Positions 9,016 through 19,606 of a stretch of 64,000 nt of DNA are shown here, piece after piece. Each line of letters begins with the position of its first letter. The first letter of the stretch is position 1. A program made the translations under genes and the position numbers. The DNA is from an uncultured Terrimonas sp. (GTDB taxonomy: Bacteria > Bacteroidota > Bacteroidia > Chitinophagales > Chitinophagaceae): NCBI GenBank assembly GCA_964450515.1, contig CAYVEI010000001.1, positions 12,885 to 76,884 of the forward strand, given 5' to 3'. A model generated the notes under the pieces. The model did not search any database and was not told the origin of the DNA. It worked only from the letters and a program-made list of their open reading frames with translations.

Positions 9016-10758
9016 ATGAAGCTAATAATAAGACTAATTTTTTTTTGTTTATTGTTGCTGATCATCATCACCTGCCTGTGGCTTACACTTCTTTTCTACA
9101 CCAAAAGCTATAATGACTTTATTGAATGGCTGGCAATCACACTTCAAAAAAGCAATAACTGGATCTCCTTTTTTAAAAGCCGGCTGTCTGTTAAATCCTT
9201 TCATTGTATTAAATCTTTAATTATTGCTTTCGATGCAGGTGCAGCGCTAATTATTGGTTTAGGTGTGTACCATTTTAGGAAAATAGAGGCTGCCTGTATT
9301 GAATTCTGTTTATTTTTTTCCGGTATTATAAAGAAACGCATGCAGTGGTTTAGCGCTTTGCCGGCTTTTGAGAGGTATTTTTTTTATGTTGTTACGATTG
9401 TTGCCATTGTGAAAGCCCTGTGGTACAGTGCTGTAATGCCTTTACAATATGATGAAGCCTGGAGCTACAATTATTTTATAAGCAACGAGCTTTGGCAAAG
9501 TTTTTTACTACCGTCTAATAATCACAAGCTCTTTACTTTTATTGCATGGTGGTTTAACCTGCTTCCGTTTGACAAGGTTTTTCTCATCCGGCTTCCGAAT
9601 GCTATTGCCGGCGCGTTTTTACTTGTTACTTTTTTTCATTTCGCAAAAAAATATTTTAGCAGTAGTGTAGCATTGTCTGGTTTTGCCTGGTTTGCTACTT
9701 GTGTGCCGGTAGCAGTGTATATGACAATTGCCAGGTCGTATATATATGTTATTTTTTTCTCTTTGCTGTTACTCATTATATATTTTGAAGCGGCACGTAC
9801 CCTCAACAAAAAGTATCACCACCTTATGATATTTTTAACTATAACTATAGTATTAGGATATTTTTCAAACCCTACATTCTTTTTCGGCCATTTCATTTTA
9901 AGCATATATATTTTTTCCCGTCTTCTTTTTCAACGGCAATTCAAAAAACTAAAGCCATTATTCATTAGCAATCTGGCAGCCCTGCCATTTTTATGCTTAA
10001 TATATGCAACGGATATGCTAGGCGGCCACTTTTCCGGCTTACTGGATACAGCCTATAAAGACGGCGTTAACCAAAACTATTTTCTTGAATGTATAAAACT
10101 TAATGCCGGCTTTCAAACCGGCATTGAAAACATGTACATTATTTTCGTGATTATATTACTGGCAGGTTTTACATTATGCTTTACAAAATACCCCAACCCT
10201 AAGAGCCTGCTTGTTTACGCTGTACTTTCCATTGCCTGGTTACCCATACATGCTTCAATAGTGCACGACGAAACTTCGCGGCATAAAACGATATTCATAA
10301 CCATAAGCTTTACGCTGATATTACTATTTATTTTACAAGCGGGAATGAATAAGCTGTTGCATAATAAATACGCGCTTTGCGGATTAGGATTGCTTATGAT
10401 TGCGCTAAACACCATTAACCTCAACAAGCATAGCTGGTTCAAATGGAGCACCGCCATGGATAAAAGCGTTAAGGATGTAAGCAGCATTTTAATGGAAAAC
10501 AACGCTACAGTCTGCTATATCAAGGCTTTTTATTATAAACCCGGTATAGAGTTCTACCATAAAGTTAACTTTAAAAAAATAAAGCTATACCTGCCGGATG
10601 CCAATAGCGTTGATTACAATGAAAAGATCTTTATTAAAAAAGATCCTCAATTTGTATTAACAGACCCGGCGCAACCCGGTATGATTAATAGAGAAAGATA
10701 CAGTTTGGTTTTTAAAGATGAAATTATTGCTCTGTATAAGATAAATAAAGTTGAATAA
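9016..10758 (+). CDS. polytopic membrane protein, possibly a GT-C fold (ArnT/PMT-like) glycosyltransferase
   Basis: 580 aa with many hydrophobic segments. An acidic loop motif LQYDEAWSY follows the early TM helices. The gene is AT-rich. The functional call is weak. Confidence 0.4.
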   Translation: MKLIIRLIFFCLLLLIIITCLWLTLLFYTKSYNDFIEWLAITLQKSNNWISFFKSRLSVKSFHCIKSLIIAFDAGAALIIGLGVYHFRKIEAACIEFCLFFSGIIKKRMQWFSALPAFERYFFYVVTIVAIVKALWYSAVMPLQYDEAWSYNYFISNELWQSFLLPSNNHKLFTFIAWWFNLLPFDKVFLIRLPNAIAGAFLLVTFFHFAKKYFSSSVALSGFAWFATCVPVAVYMTIARSYIYVIFFSLLLLIIYFEAARTLNKKYHHLMIFLTITIVLGYFSNPTFFFGHFILSIYIFSRLLFQRQFKKLKPLFISNLAALPFLCLIYATDMLGGHFSGLLDTAYKDGVNQNYFLECIKLNAGFQTGIENMYIIFVIILLAGFTLCFTKYPNPKSLLVYAVLSIAWLPIHASIVHDETSRHKTIFITISFTLILLFILQAGMNKLLHNKYALCGLGLLMIALNTINLNKHSWFKWSTAMDKSVKDVSSILMENNATVCYIKAFYYKPGIEFYHKVNFKKIKLYLPDANSVDYNEKIFIKKDPQFVLTDPAQPGMINRERYSLVFKDEIIALYKINKVE

Positions 10759-10806
10759 AACAGCCGCTTCAGACAGCATTGCTCTCTTTTCCTGCATCCT
10801 CCAAAA

Positions 10807-10848
10807 GTTATTAAAAAGGCCACCCTTTAAGGCAGCCTTTTTAATAAC
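10807..10848. terminator. bidirectional hairpin between convergent genes
   Basis: 14-bp stem GTTATTAAAAAGGC / GCCTTTTTAATAAC (10807-10820 and 10835-10848) with a 14-nt loop. A/T runs lie on both sides. Confidence 0.55.
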
Positions 10849-10869
10849 TCAAAACCAACATGCATTACT

Positions 10870-12867
10870 TTATTTGAGGTATCCGTAATACTCATCATCT
10901 GTTGCACAATCCCACCAAACAGGCATACCCCAGATATTCGGTTCAGCGGCATGGGCATTTAAAGCAAGTGTATTTATAGAATTGTATTGTATTTCATAAA
11001 CCGGCGGTAACGCCCAACGGCGCATCCAATAAGAAGGGTCTGTTGGGGAACCACCCGATAACTGGGCTGCACCTGAAAATAAAGCACCCCGTTGATACCC
11101 CGGGTACACAACACCAAAACCATCTACATTACCGGCACTGAAGTTAAACCGGCGCATGTCATTCCAGTTTTCAATGCTACAGCCCATTGCAATATATTTT
11201 TGCAGCATAATGTCAGACATTGTTAAGGAGCCGGAAGCCTGGCAAACCGCATCACTTGCAAAATAAGCACTGATGGCAGCCTCATCCATAGGCGCCATAT
11301 CGGGATTGGTGGCGGTATAGCCTCCACCCTGCCATTCGGTTAACTTAGCCTGCATCATAGCCAAATGCGCCCTGATGCCGTCTGTATATGCGGTATACGC
11401 ATTTCCCGCATCTCCTTTTCTCATATAAACTTCGGCCTTGATAAAGCACATTTCGTGATAAGTTAATATCTCCTGGTCGGAAACAGGACGAACCTGGAAT
11501 GACCCTGTGGAACCAACAACGCCGGCAGCATATGCTGCTGCTGAAGGATACCAGCTAACATCGTTTGAAGGCTGGTCGGCTATACCCGATGTGGCAAGAG
11601 CGCTGCTACGCATATTTACATACGCTGTATCGCCTGCCAGCACATAATTGGTTGTGTTTATATAAATGGAGCCGGCGGGGTAGGTTACGGTTACAACATC
11701 CCCGTTAACCGAGTGGGTACGTCCTGCCGCAACCTGTGCAGCAATAAAATCATTGCGGTCTGTTGCGTCGGTGATCGTATACTCTTTTGCTGTATTTGCT
11801 GCTGCATAAGTTGCTGTTGCAATAGAAGCAGGACCGCCGCCTTTTATTAACCGGGTGGCCGGCCCATAAGAATCAACACCTATGGAACGGTTCCATGTAT
11901 AAGAAGATACCCTGCCGCCGGCGTCTAATTTAACATCGGCCATGGAAGCCGGTACAATTTTAGTCATCCTGGGATCTGTTACTCCGGAGCCGCGCATATT
12001 GGTCAACAGGTTGTAGTGATACTGGGAAATGCGCTGCGTACTGCCATAAGCCGCATAATTAAAGTTGCCATTGGTTACAACAGGATCACCTAATAAAAAG
12101 TCGGTTACCGTACTGTTGTTAAAGCACGGCACTACGGTATTATCGGCAATAGACTGTGGGCCTTTGGACAAACAATACAGAATAGAATCTGCATTATACA
12201 GATCTGATTTTTTGGACAGCTTCAGCATGTACCGGGCTTTCAATCCATAGCATAATTTTATCCATTTGCTAACATCGCCATTATTCATATAATCACCAAC
12301 AGAAAGTGCAGGCGCCCCGGTTTCCTGTGTTTTACCGAACAGGTCAATGGCTTCATTCAATTTGTCCATACACCCGTTGAAAATGGTTTTACCGTCATCT
12401 GGTTTAGGGCTTGGATTTCCTGTGGCGGCTTCTGTGTAAGGCATTTCGCCATAAATATCCAGCATTTGCATAAAGCCGAGCGCATGGAATACGTTAGCCG
12501 CAGCCATATAATGATAGGCGCCTTGTTTCTGGGCAGAATTATACATATCAGGGATATTGGAAGATACCGCCACAAACCAGGTTTGGTAGGGGGTGGTAGA
12601 GTTTCCGCTGGCGGCTGCCCATGTTGTACTGAATGTATTACCATTAGCATTGGTGGTATAAAAAACACCTGCCTGTAATGCAGTACGGTAATTGGCAACC
12701 CCTGACGAGTACATATAAAAGTGCTCAATCCAGGGCAACCTGTTTTGGATCAATACGCTTTGATTGTTCGGGCTATCCGGGTCCGTATTAACGTCGAGCC
12801 ACTTTTTACACGAGGTGGAACCTGCCATAAGTACACAACCCAATATTATATAGATTAAATTTTTCAT
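10870..12867 (-). CDS. SusD/RagB-family nutrient-binding outer-membrane lipoprotein
   Basis: Lipoprotein signal ...MAGSTSCKKWLD. It lies immediately downstream of a SusC-like gene. 665 aa. Confidence 0.8.
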   Translation of the reverse strand: MKNLIYIILGCVLMAGSTSCKKWLDVNTDPDSPNNQSVLIQNRLPWIEHFYMYSSGVANYRTALQAGVFYTTNANGNTFSTTWAAASGNSTTPYQTWFVAVSSNIPDMYNSAQKQGAYHYMAAANVFHALGFMQMLDIYGEMPYTEAATGNPSPKPDDGKTIFNGCMDKLNEAIDLFGKTQETGAPALSVGDYMNNGDVSKWIKLCYGLKARYMLKLSKKSDLYNADSILYCLSKGPQSIADNTVVPCFNNSTVTDFLLGDPVVTNGNFNYAAYGSTQRISQYHYNLLTNMRGSGVTDPRMTKIVPASMADVKLDAGGRVSSYTWNRSIGVDSYGPATRLIKGGGPASIATATYAAANTAKEYTITDATDRNDFIAAQVAAGRTHSVNGDVVTVTYPAGSIYINTTNYVLAGDTAYVNMRSSALATSGIADQPSNDVSWYPSAAAYAAGVVGSTGSFQVRPVSDQEILTYHEMCFIKAEVYMRKGDAGNAYTAYTDGIRAHLAMMQAKLTEWQGGGYTATNPDMAPMDEAAISAYFASDAVCQASGSLTMSDIMLQKYIAMGCSIENWNDMRRFNFSAGNVDGFGVVYPGYQRGALFSGAAQLSGGSPTDPSYWMRRWALPPVYEIQYNSINTLALNAHAAEPNIWGMPVWWDCATDDEYYGYLK

Positions 12868-12887
12868 GCTTTGCTTTTTTTCATTAA

Positions 12888-15800
12888 TTAAAATGTAATG
12901 TTTACTCCGAATGTAAAGCTTGCTACCGCGGGCACGCCCAAATAATCAATACCTGTAGAACCCGAACCTCCTGTTCCGCCTGCTGCGCTTACTTCAGGAT
13001 CCATTCCTTTGTAATTTGTCCAGGTAAATAAATTGGTGCCTACCGCTGTTGCGGAGAGTCCTTTGATAACTTTTTGACGCTTTGTTATACCGGAGAAATC
13101 GTAGGTTAATGATAAAGAGCGCAGCTTCACCCAGTTTACCGAAGTAATAAAATTATAGGAATTAGCTGCATAGTTCGACCAGTATCGCTGGATCATATTT
13201 GTACCTGCATACGTTGTACTGCCAATTGTATAGGACTGGTTTGCATCGTAGGTTTGTGTAAAATCTTCTCCTGTCTGGCTGTTCACCCCGGTTACGGTTA
13301 CCGATTGCCTGTCGTTCAGTAAAGTTTTTTTGCTTAGCCCGTTTACGACCATTGCATATTCTGTGCCGTTAAACACATCCCCGCCTTTGCGTATGTCGAG
13401 AAGAAATGATAAGGAGAGCTGTTTGAACCGGAAAGTATTGTTGATCCCGCCAATGAAACTTGGTTCACGGTTACCAACCACCGGGTTGGTAGTGTTCAGT
13501 TTATATAATCCGGTTGTGGGGTCAACCTGGTAGCGCCCGTTTGGAATTTCATCTCCTTTCGAGTCTACTTCACGCAAATAAGGCTGTCCTGTCATTCCAA
13601 GAAAATATCCGCCATTAGGAACAGATGCCGCTTTTACTGTTCCGAACTGGGCATCTGTTGGGTAAAAATAGGCTACCCCCGGAAGAAACTCTCCCAATCT
13701 GCCTTTATTATAGGAGAAATTAACCGTTATGTCCCATCCGAAATTCTTTTGCGATACCGCCTTACCGGTAAGCATGATTTCCATACCCTTGTTAATAACA
13801 GAGCCGGTATTAAGTGAACTGAAAATAAAGCCTCCGGATTGGGCTAAACGCGGTTGTGCAATTTGGTTCTTTGTTTGGCTATGATAATAGGTATAATCCA
13901 AACCGATACGCCCGTTCAGGAATTTAAACTCTCCCCCGATTTCCCAGGAGTTTTGAATTTCGGGTTTTAAAATAGGGTTACCGGCCGCCCACTGATTACC
14001 CACCAGCACATAAGATCCGATTGAGTACGGAGACCATACATAAGTATTGGTAGCATACGGATTGGCGTCTTTACCAACCTGCGCCCAGCTTGCCCTGAAC
14101 TTGCCGAAAGAAAGAATGTTGTTTTGAGGCAACAGCTCTGTAAAAACAAAAGAGCCGCTCACAGAAGGATAAAAATAAGACCTGTTCTCTAAAGGTAATG
14201 TAGACGACCAGTCATTACGTCCTGTTGTAGTAAGGAATATAATATTTTTATAAGACACCCCGGCTTCCCCATAAGCTCCTACCAGCCGTTTATGTCCGGA
14301 TCCATCGGTAAAAAATTTATTTTCTGTACCAATATTATTAAAACTGATCGTACCGGCTGTAACAAAGTTATAGCCCCAATGATTCTGGCGGCTTGTTCTG
14401 GTATCCTCCGAAGAAGTGCCCAGCATCAGGTGGGTATCAAAATCGCCAAATGTTTTATGAAAATTACTCATTACCGTTGTTGTAGTGAAGGTGTAATCAT
14501 ATTTGGGCTTGCTCAAACGACCGTTCTGGTACAGCGGGGCAACGGCAGAACCGGGAGCGATATAGGTGTAATCATCTGTTATGTACTGGTCGTAACCGAA
14601 ACGTGCTACAACGTCCCACCAGTTTGTAATTTTGTAATTACCGCTCACGCCTCCGGTAATCCGCTTGGTCTGCGATGTTAATTTATCCTGATTAATGATC
14701 CAGTAAGGGTTATCAATATCATTTTCCAATGGAAGGGTTCCGGCAAACGGGCGATATTGCGTTCCATCCTCCTCATTGATATAATCCTTTATATTAAATG
14801 TTTGAGGCCAGTTGTAAAGCGCCTGCATACTCCCCACTCCACTTCCATATAACCCTGCGGTAGTCAGCGTTCTGTTGGTTTTGGCAACAGAATAGGCAAC
14901 ATTTGCATTTAGGGTTAACCGTCCGTATTTCTGTTCGCCGTTAAACCGGAAAGTGGTTTTATCATATTTCGTGTTGGGAACGATGCCTGTTTGATCAAAA
15001 TTAGAGCCGGATAAATAAAAAGAGCTGTTTTTTGTACCGCCGGATACGTTAACATTATTATCGTAAATAATACCGTTTTGAAAAAAATTGCCAATATTAT
15101 CGTATAGCTTATCTGAGGCGGTGATCTTTTCTCCCCATGAGCTATAAATATTGTCTTTACTGAAAACGCCATTAACAGAATAATTACCGGGTCCGAACCC
15201 GGTTTGAACTTCAGGCAGCTTGTTTGCCCAGGAGGTACTAAACCTGCTGGTAACATCAACCTTTACCGTTCCTTCCGCTCCTTTCTTTGTAGTAATAACA
15301 ACAACGCCATCGGCTGCACGGGAACCATACAATGCCGCCGCTGCTGCTCCTTTCAATACCGACAGGCTTTCAATATCTTCGGGGTTAACATCCATGATAC
15401 GGTTTGAAAAAGTTGTATTACTGCGGCTCATGCCATCGGTACCCGTATTACCGGTAACGGTAGTGGAGTTATCGTATATAATGCCATCTATAACAAATAA
15501 GGGCTGGTTTTGCCTGCCTTCCGATGTAGAATTACCACCACGAATAGTTATTGATGCCCCGGCGCCCGCAGAACCGCTGAACTGCGTAATGTTTACACCG
15601 GGAACCTTCCCTGCCAAAGAGTTAACGACATTGGTATTCTTATTTTTCATTAGCTCCTCCGCACTCAGGTCGGAAACCGAATAGCCCAGCGCTTTCCTTT
15701 CTTTTTTAATACCCATAGCAGTTACCACCACTTCTCCCAGGCTCCCGGCCGCTACCTGCAACCGGATCTGTACTGCGTCGCTGTTTCCCGGCGTAATTTC

Positions 15801-16052
15801 CTGGTCCTGGTACCCAACATAGGAAATCTGCAGGGTTTGTCCGGAAGTAACCTGGATACTGAAATTACCATCGCTATCCGTTTGTGTAATGCTTTGTGTG
15901 CCCTTTACCCTGATGGTAACGCCTGTTAACGGGGAATTATCCTCTGCGGATAATACAGACCCCCTGATCGTTCTTTGCTGTGCCTGCAACGCAGGTGGTA
16001 ACAGCAATAGCAGCAGTGAAAGAACAACTGCATAATGAAGCATTTTTCTCAT
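12888..16052 (-). CDS. SusC/RagA-family TonB-dependent outer-membrane transporter
   Basis: 1054 aa. N-terminal CarboxypepD_reg-like segment (IRGSVLSAEDNSPLTGVTIRVKG), a plug region (VVVTAMGIKKERKALGYSVSDL) and a beta-barrel ending FGVNITF. Confidence 0.9.
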   Translation of the reverse strand: MRKMLHYAVVLSLLLLLLPPALQAQQRTIRGSVLSAEDNSPLTGVTIRVKGTQSITQTDSDGNFSIQVTSGQTLQISYVGYQDQEITPGNSDAVQIRLQVAAGSLGEVVVTAMGIKKERKALGYSVSDLSAEELMKNKNTNVVNSLAGKVPGVNITQFSGSAGAGASITIRGGNSTSEGRQNQPLFVIDGIIYDNSTTVTGNTGTDGMSRSNTTFSNRIMDVNPEDIESLSVLKGAAAAALYGSRAADGVVVITTKKGAEGTVKVDVTSRFSTSWANKLPEVQTGFGPGNYSVNGVFSKDNIYSSWGEKITASDKLYDNIGNFFQNGIIYDNNVNVSGGTKNSSFYLSGSNFDQTGIVPNTKYDKTTFRFNGEQKYGRLTLNANVAYSVAKTNRTLTTAGLYGSGVGSMQALYNWPQTFNIKDYINEEDGTQYRPFAGTLPLENDIDNPYWIINQDKLTSQTKRITGGVSGNYKITNWWDVVARFGYDQYITDDYTYIAPGSAVAPLYQNGRLSKPKYDYTFTTTTVMSNFHKTFGDFDTHLMLGTSSEDTRTSRQNHWGYNFVTAGTISFNNIGTENKFFTDGSGHKRLVGAYGEAGVSYKNIIFLTTTGRNDWSSTLPLENRSYFYPSVSGSFVFTELLPQNNILSFGKFRASWAQVGKDANPYATNTYVWSPYSIGSYVLVGNQWAAGNPILKPEIQNSWEIGGEFKFLNGRIGLDYTYYHSQTKNQIAQPRLAQSGGFIFSSLNTGSVINKGMEIMLTGKAVSQKNFGWDITVNFSYNKGRLGEFLPGVAYFYPTDAQFGTVKAASVPNGGYFLGMTGQPYLREVDSKGDEIPNGRYQVDPTTGLYKLNTTNPVVGNREPSFIGGINNTFRFKQLSLSFLLDIRKGGDVFNGTEYAMVVNGLSKKTLLNDRQSVTVTGVNSQTGEDFTQTYDANQSYTIGSTTYAGTNMIQRYWSNYAANSYNFITSVNWVKLRSLSLTYDFSGITKRQKVIKGLSATAVGTNLFTWTNYKGMDPEVSAAGGTGGSGSTGIDYLGVPAVASFTFGVNITF

Positions 16053-16274
16053 AGTTGTGTTTTTGATGTAAATGGTTGAGTGAAGGAAAAAATATTACAG
16101 GAAAAGCTACTCCGGCCCGGAGTGTATATTTGAATTGCTTGTTTTTCCATGAGTTTAGTTTGGTACGCTAAAAATACATCAAATTCCTGCACAAAAATGC
16201 AAAAAGGCGAAAAAAAAGAGCCGAGAAGCGTGTTTCGCATTTTGCCGGAAGCCTTTCGCTGCATATATCCGCTA

Positions 16275-17348
16275 CTATTTTGCCTGTTGCAGTAATTTCG
16301 ACATTTGAATGCCCAGGCTTTCCATTAACCGGATCATTTTAAGGTTTACCTCCTGCTTTATAGCATTAAACTCATCCATGGGAAGGGGGGATGTATAATA
16401 GTCGGTTTGTACCAGATACCCCTGTTGTACGATGTCGTTAAAAAAAATGTTCCTGTTCTCTATTTTGGGGTGCTGTAAAATTTCCTGCATCCCCTGTAAC
16501 AGTTGCTGGATTTGCGCTGCCGTTGTAGCCGTATCAAGCTCCAGCTTTAAATCGGCACGGCGTTGTGTACGCAGGCTCAGGTTATCTACAATACTATCTA
16601 CCATTTGCTTGTTGGGCACACTTACGTATGTTTTATCGGTTGTACGTAACCTTGTGCTTCTGAAGCTGATCCTTTCCACCGTACCTGTTACGTTCTGTAC
16701 TTTAAGCACATCGCCAATAACAAAAGGTTTATCAAAGAAAATGATAAAGGATGCGATAAGATTTTCTAAGCTTTCCCTGGCAGACAATGCCAGCGCCACA
16801 CCTACAATACCCAATCCGGTAAGGAGGTCCATGATCTGGTAGTGGAAGGCAAATTTGATAACCGTTAATATGCCCGCTATGCTTACAATGGCTTTCAGGA
16901 AGTCTTTAAAAAAAACAATGAGCTGGTGCTCTCCCTGCATTTCTCCGTTGCCATTATTTTTTACAATAACAAATGCCAGGTAGTCAATCATCCGGAGCAT
17001 CAACCAGAAAAAAGAAACAATAAGCAGCGCGGTTGCTATGCGGTCCACAATTGTTTTTGTGTTGGTTTTGTAAAAATTATATTGCAATACTTCCGGGAAA
17101 TGCAGCGAGGAAAGGGCGATAACTGCTGTAAGAACAATAATGAAATACTCCAGCGGAGCCAATATCAGCTTTATGAAGGCCTGCCTGTCTACCCTGCGGC
17201 CAATTTTGTGGAGCAAATAAATAATAGCAGCGGCTATCGGCCTGCTGAAATATTTTTTTAGCAGATACATGCCCAAAATAATAAGGCTTACCGTAAGATA
17301 ATCTCCAATACTGTTATCTAAAACGATCCTGTTCAGAAATTCATTCAT
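16275..17348 (-). CDS. mechanosensitive ion channel (MscS family)
   Basis: N-terminal TM helices, then an MscS beta-domain-like segment PFVIGDVLKVQNVTGTVERISFRSTRLRT. Confidence 0.75.
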   Translation of the reverse strand: MNEFLNRIVLDNSIGDYLTVSLIILGMYLLKKYFSRPIAAAIIYLLHKIGRRVDRQAFIKLILAPLEYFIIVLTAVIALSSLHFPEVLQYNFYKTNTKTIVDRIATALLIVSFFWLMLRMIDYLAFVIVKNNGNGEMQGEHQLIVFFKDFLKAIVSIAGILTVIKFAFHYQIMDLLTGLGIVGVALALSARESLENLIASFIIFFDKPFVIGDVLKVQNVTGTVERISFRSTRLRTTDKTYVSVPNKQMVDSIVDNLSLRTQRRADLKLELDTATTAAQIQQLLQGMQEILQHPKIENRNIFFNDIVQQGYLVQTDYYTSPLPMDEFNAIKQEVNLKMIRLMESLGIQMSKLLQQAK

Positions 17349-17359
17349 GTTTCCGTTCT

Positions 17360-18193
17360 TTAGTTGATAGGATACCTTTCTATTCCCGTATCGTTAAGCA
17401 CATATATACCCCGTTGTGTGATGTATATTTTTTTTGCCTGTTGTACCGGCTCGGGAAGCGGCGCTTCCTTTAGCTCCAGCGTTCCGGGTGTATACTGCAC
17501 CAATTGCTGCTGCCGGCGGCCGGTAATGACCCTGCCGGTTACCTGCAGGTCACTGATCCCTGTTAACGCTATGGTGTTTTTGAGCGTACCATAATAATCA
17601 AATATATACAGTCCGTTCGCCGCATCATACATATATACAAACCCGTCCCTGTCTGTTATCTTCACGGGAGAAGGCATTATATCCAATACCTGCCGCAGAT
17701 CGGCCGTTTCCATAAGCAACCTGCCGTTCTCATCAATCTTTTTAAGCTTTGCCGATTGTTCATCAAATATCCAAATGTTATTATCATAGGACAGACCAAC
17801 AGCCTTTGCCTGAAAAATACCGGTTTTTCTGAGGTCTATTGTATTTACCCTGTTCAGGTAGCGGTCGAGCATCACTATCGTTGAAAAATTTTTATAATAC
17901 AGGAGCAGTTTCATAGGGTTGGTTACATCCATCGCATACACCGTTCCATAGCGGCGCACATCATTAAAAACATTCAAAGAGTCACCTTTATCATTAAATT
18001 TTATTAACAGACCGGCCGGAGTAAGTACATACAGGTTTCCCAGGTTGTCGGCAGCAAACTGCGTGGCTTTACCGGTATAAAGGGTAACGGAAGGAGAAGG
18101 CGCCACAGCGCTGCCGTTCTGCAATACCGTATCCGTTTGCGCATAGGGTTGTAACACAGCACTGCAGAATAATATAGTAAGGAGGAAGCGCAT
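17360..18193 (-). CDS. hypothetical secreted protein
   Basis: 277 aa with signal peptide MRFLLTILFCSAVLQPYAQ. Its start overlaps the upstream lpxH stop by 1 nt. Confidence 0.5.
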   Translation of the reverse strand: MRFLLTILFCSAVLQPYAQTDTVLQNGSAVAPSPSVTLYTGKATQFAADNLGNLYVLTPAGLLIKFNDKGDSLNVFNDVRRYGTVYAMDVTNPMKLLLYYKNFSTIVMLDRYLNRVNTIDLRKTGIFQAKAVGLSYDNNIWIFDEQSAKLKKIDENGRLLMETADLRQVLDIMPSPVKITDRDGFVYMYDAANGLYIFDYYGTLKNTIALTGISDLQVTGRVITGRRQQQLVQYTPGTLELKEAPLPEPVQQAKKIYITQRGIYVLNDTGIERYPIN

Positions 18194-18951
18194 CAGGATT
18201 CAAAATATTTCAGTTCAAGATGCTGTCCGTTAAATACGGCATAACTGTTATAACGTATCCAGTCGCCCAAATTAATATACCGGCTGCCGCCGTTCAAAGC
18301 AAAATCAATAGGAAGGTGCCGGTGGCCAAAAATAAAAAAGTCGTAATGCTTTTGCTGCAGCACTTCCCGGCAATAACTGATCAGCCATTCCTTATCTTCT
18401 CCCAGAAACTGCGCGTCATCTTCGCCTGTTGCCGCCCGGCTGCTTTTGCTCGACCAGTGCGCAATACCCATACCTATATACGGAGGCAGGAGGCCAAACA
18501 GCCATTGGCAGGCTTTGTTCCGGAATATTTTTTTTAAGAACTTGTAACCTTTGTCGCCGGGGCCAAGCCCGTCGCCATGACCGATTAAAAATTTTTTTCC
18601 ATTAAACTCAAAATCCTTGGGTTCATAATATACCGGGATGCTCAGCTCATTTTCAAAATACCCGCTCATCCACATATCATGATTGCCTACAAAAAAATAC
18701 AGGGGAATGCCGCTGTCTGTTAGCTCTGCCATTTTACCCAGGATGCGAACGAATCCTTTGGGCACCACTTTTTTATATTCGTACCAGAAATCGAACAGGT
18801 CGCCCACGATAAAAACAGCCGCAGCATCGTCCTTTATTCCGGAAAGAAACCGAACGATACGCTTTTCCCGTTTCAGGCTTGAAGCATGATCGGGAACACC
18901 CAGGTGAAAATCGGAAAGAAAATATATGTTTTTTCCTGTAGGAACCTGCAT
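18193..18951 (-). CDS. lpxH: UDP-2,3-diacylglucosamine diphosphatase
   Basis: Calcineurin-like phosphoesterase motifs SDFHLG, VGDLFDFW, GNHDMW and GHGD. LpxH size (252 aa). Confidence 0.75.
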   Translation of the reverse strand: MQVPTGKNIYFLSDFHLGVPDHASSLKREKRIVRFLSGIKDDAAAVFIVGDLFDFWYEYKKVVPKGFVRILGKMAELTDSGIPLYFFVGNHDMWMSGYFENELSIPVYYEPKDFEFNGKKFLIGHGDGLGPGDKGYKFLKKIFRNKACQWLFGLLPPYIGMGIAHWSSKSSRAATGEDDAQFLGEDKEWLISYCREVLQQKHYDFFIFGHRHLPIDFALNGGSRYINLGDWIRYNSYAVFNGQHLELKYFES

Positions 18952-18975
18952 TTGTGCAAGATAAAATGAAATGCT

Positions 18976-19602
18976 TCAATTTTCTGTCAAAAAAACAAAT
19001 ACTTCTTTGGGTCCATGCACGCCAACCACCAGTGTTTTTTCAATATCAGCCGTCCGGCTCGGGCCTGTTGCAAAAGTAATAAGGGAAGGCATTTTGCCTG
19101 CATATTTCTCTCTGAGCAGTTGCAGTCCGTCTTTAACATCATACACCAGTTGGCTAACGTAGGCCATGCATATATGCACCGGCGCGTACGCGCCGGTTGT
19201 TCTGCCACTTTGCTGTGCTGTGCTCATTACAATGCTTCCTGTTCTCGCTATTAACATTTCGCAGCCCGTAACCGCCACATCGGCTGCAGCCAGGGGCTTT
19301 TGCGAAAACGCTACAGGAGCCAGCTTTTCCCGCAGCAGCGGTTCTTTACAAAATACCTCTTTCCATTGTCTTTGTTGTATTAGTATCAATAGCTGCTGCC
19401 GCATTTCGGCTTCCCCGGCGCAATATAAAAACCGGCCCTCCAGCGCGCTGAACGCTTCGGCAAAAAGTATTTCAAGGTCGTCTGCAGGGGGCAAAAACAC
19501 CGATTGATTTCCCTCGCTTTGGGGAAAAGGCAAAGGCACCGGTGTGCTCAGTGCCTTTCGTATCTTTTTAAGCATATTTTCCTTTGCAGGAGATATCTTC
19601 AT
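18976..19602 (-). CDS. LUD-domain protein (LutC/YkgG-like)
   Basis: I prefer the start at MKISPAKENMLKKIRKAL (19602), 4 nt after the ftsH stop. The C-terminal GPSRTADIEKTLVVGVHGP is typical of the LUD family. Confidence 0.6.
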   Translation of the reverse strand: MKISPAKENMLKKIRKALSTPVPLPFPQSEGNQSVFLPPADDLEILFAEAFSALEGRFLYCAGEAEMRQQLLILIQQRQWKEVFCKEPLLREKLAPVAFSQKPLAAADVAVTGCEMLIARTGSIVMSTAQQSGRTTGAYAPVHICMAYVSQLVYDVKDGLQLLREKYAGKMPSLITFATGPSRTADIEKTLVVGVHGPKEVFVFLTEN

Positions 19603-19606
19603 CGCA

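Noticed and set aside
13330-15684. Several ORFs of 60-154 aa on both strands inside the SusC gene
   Set aside because: They are fully nested in a 1054-aa ORF with clear TonB-dependent transporter features, and none has a motif of its own.
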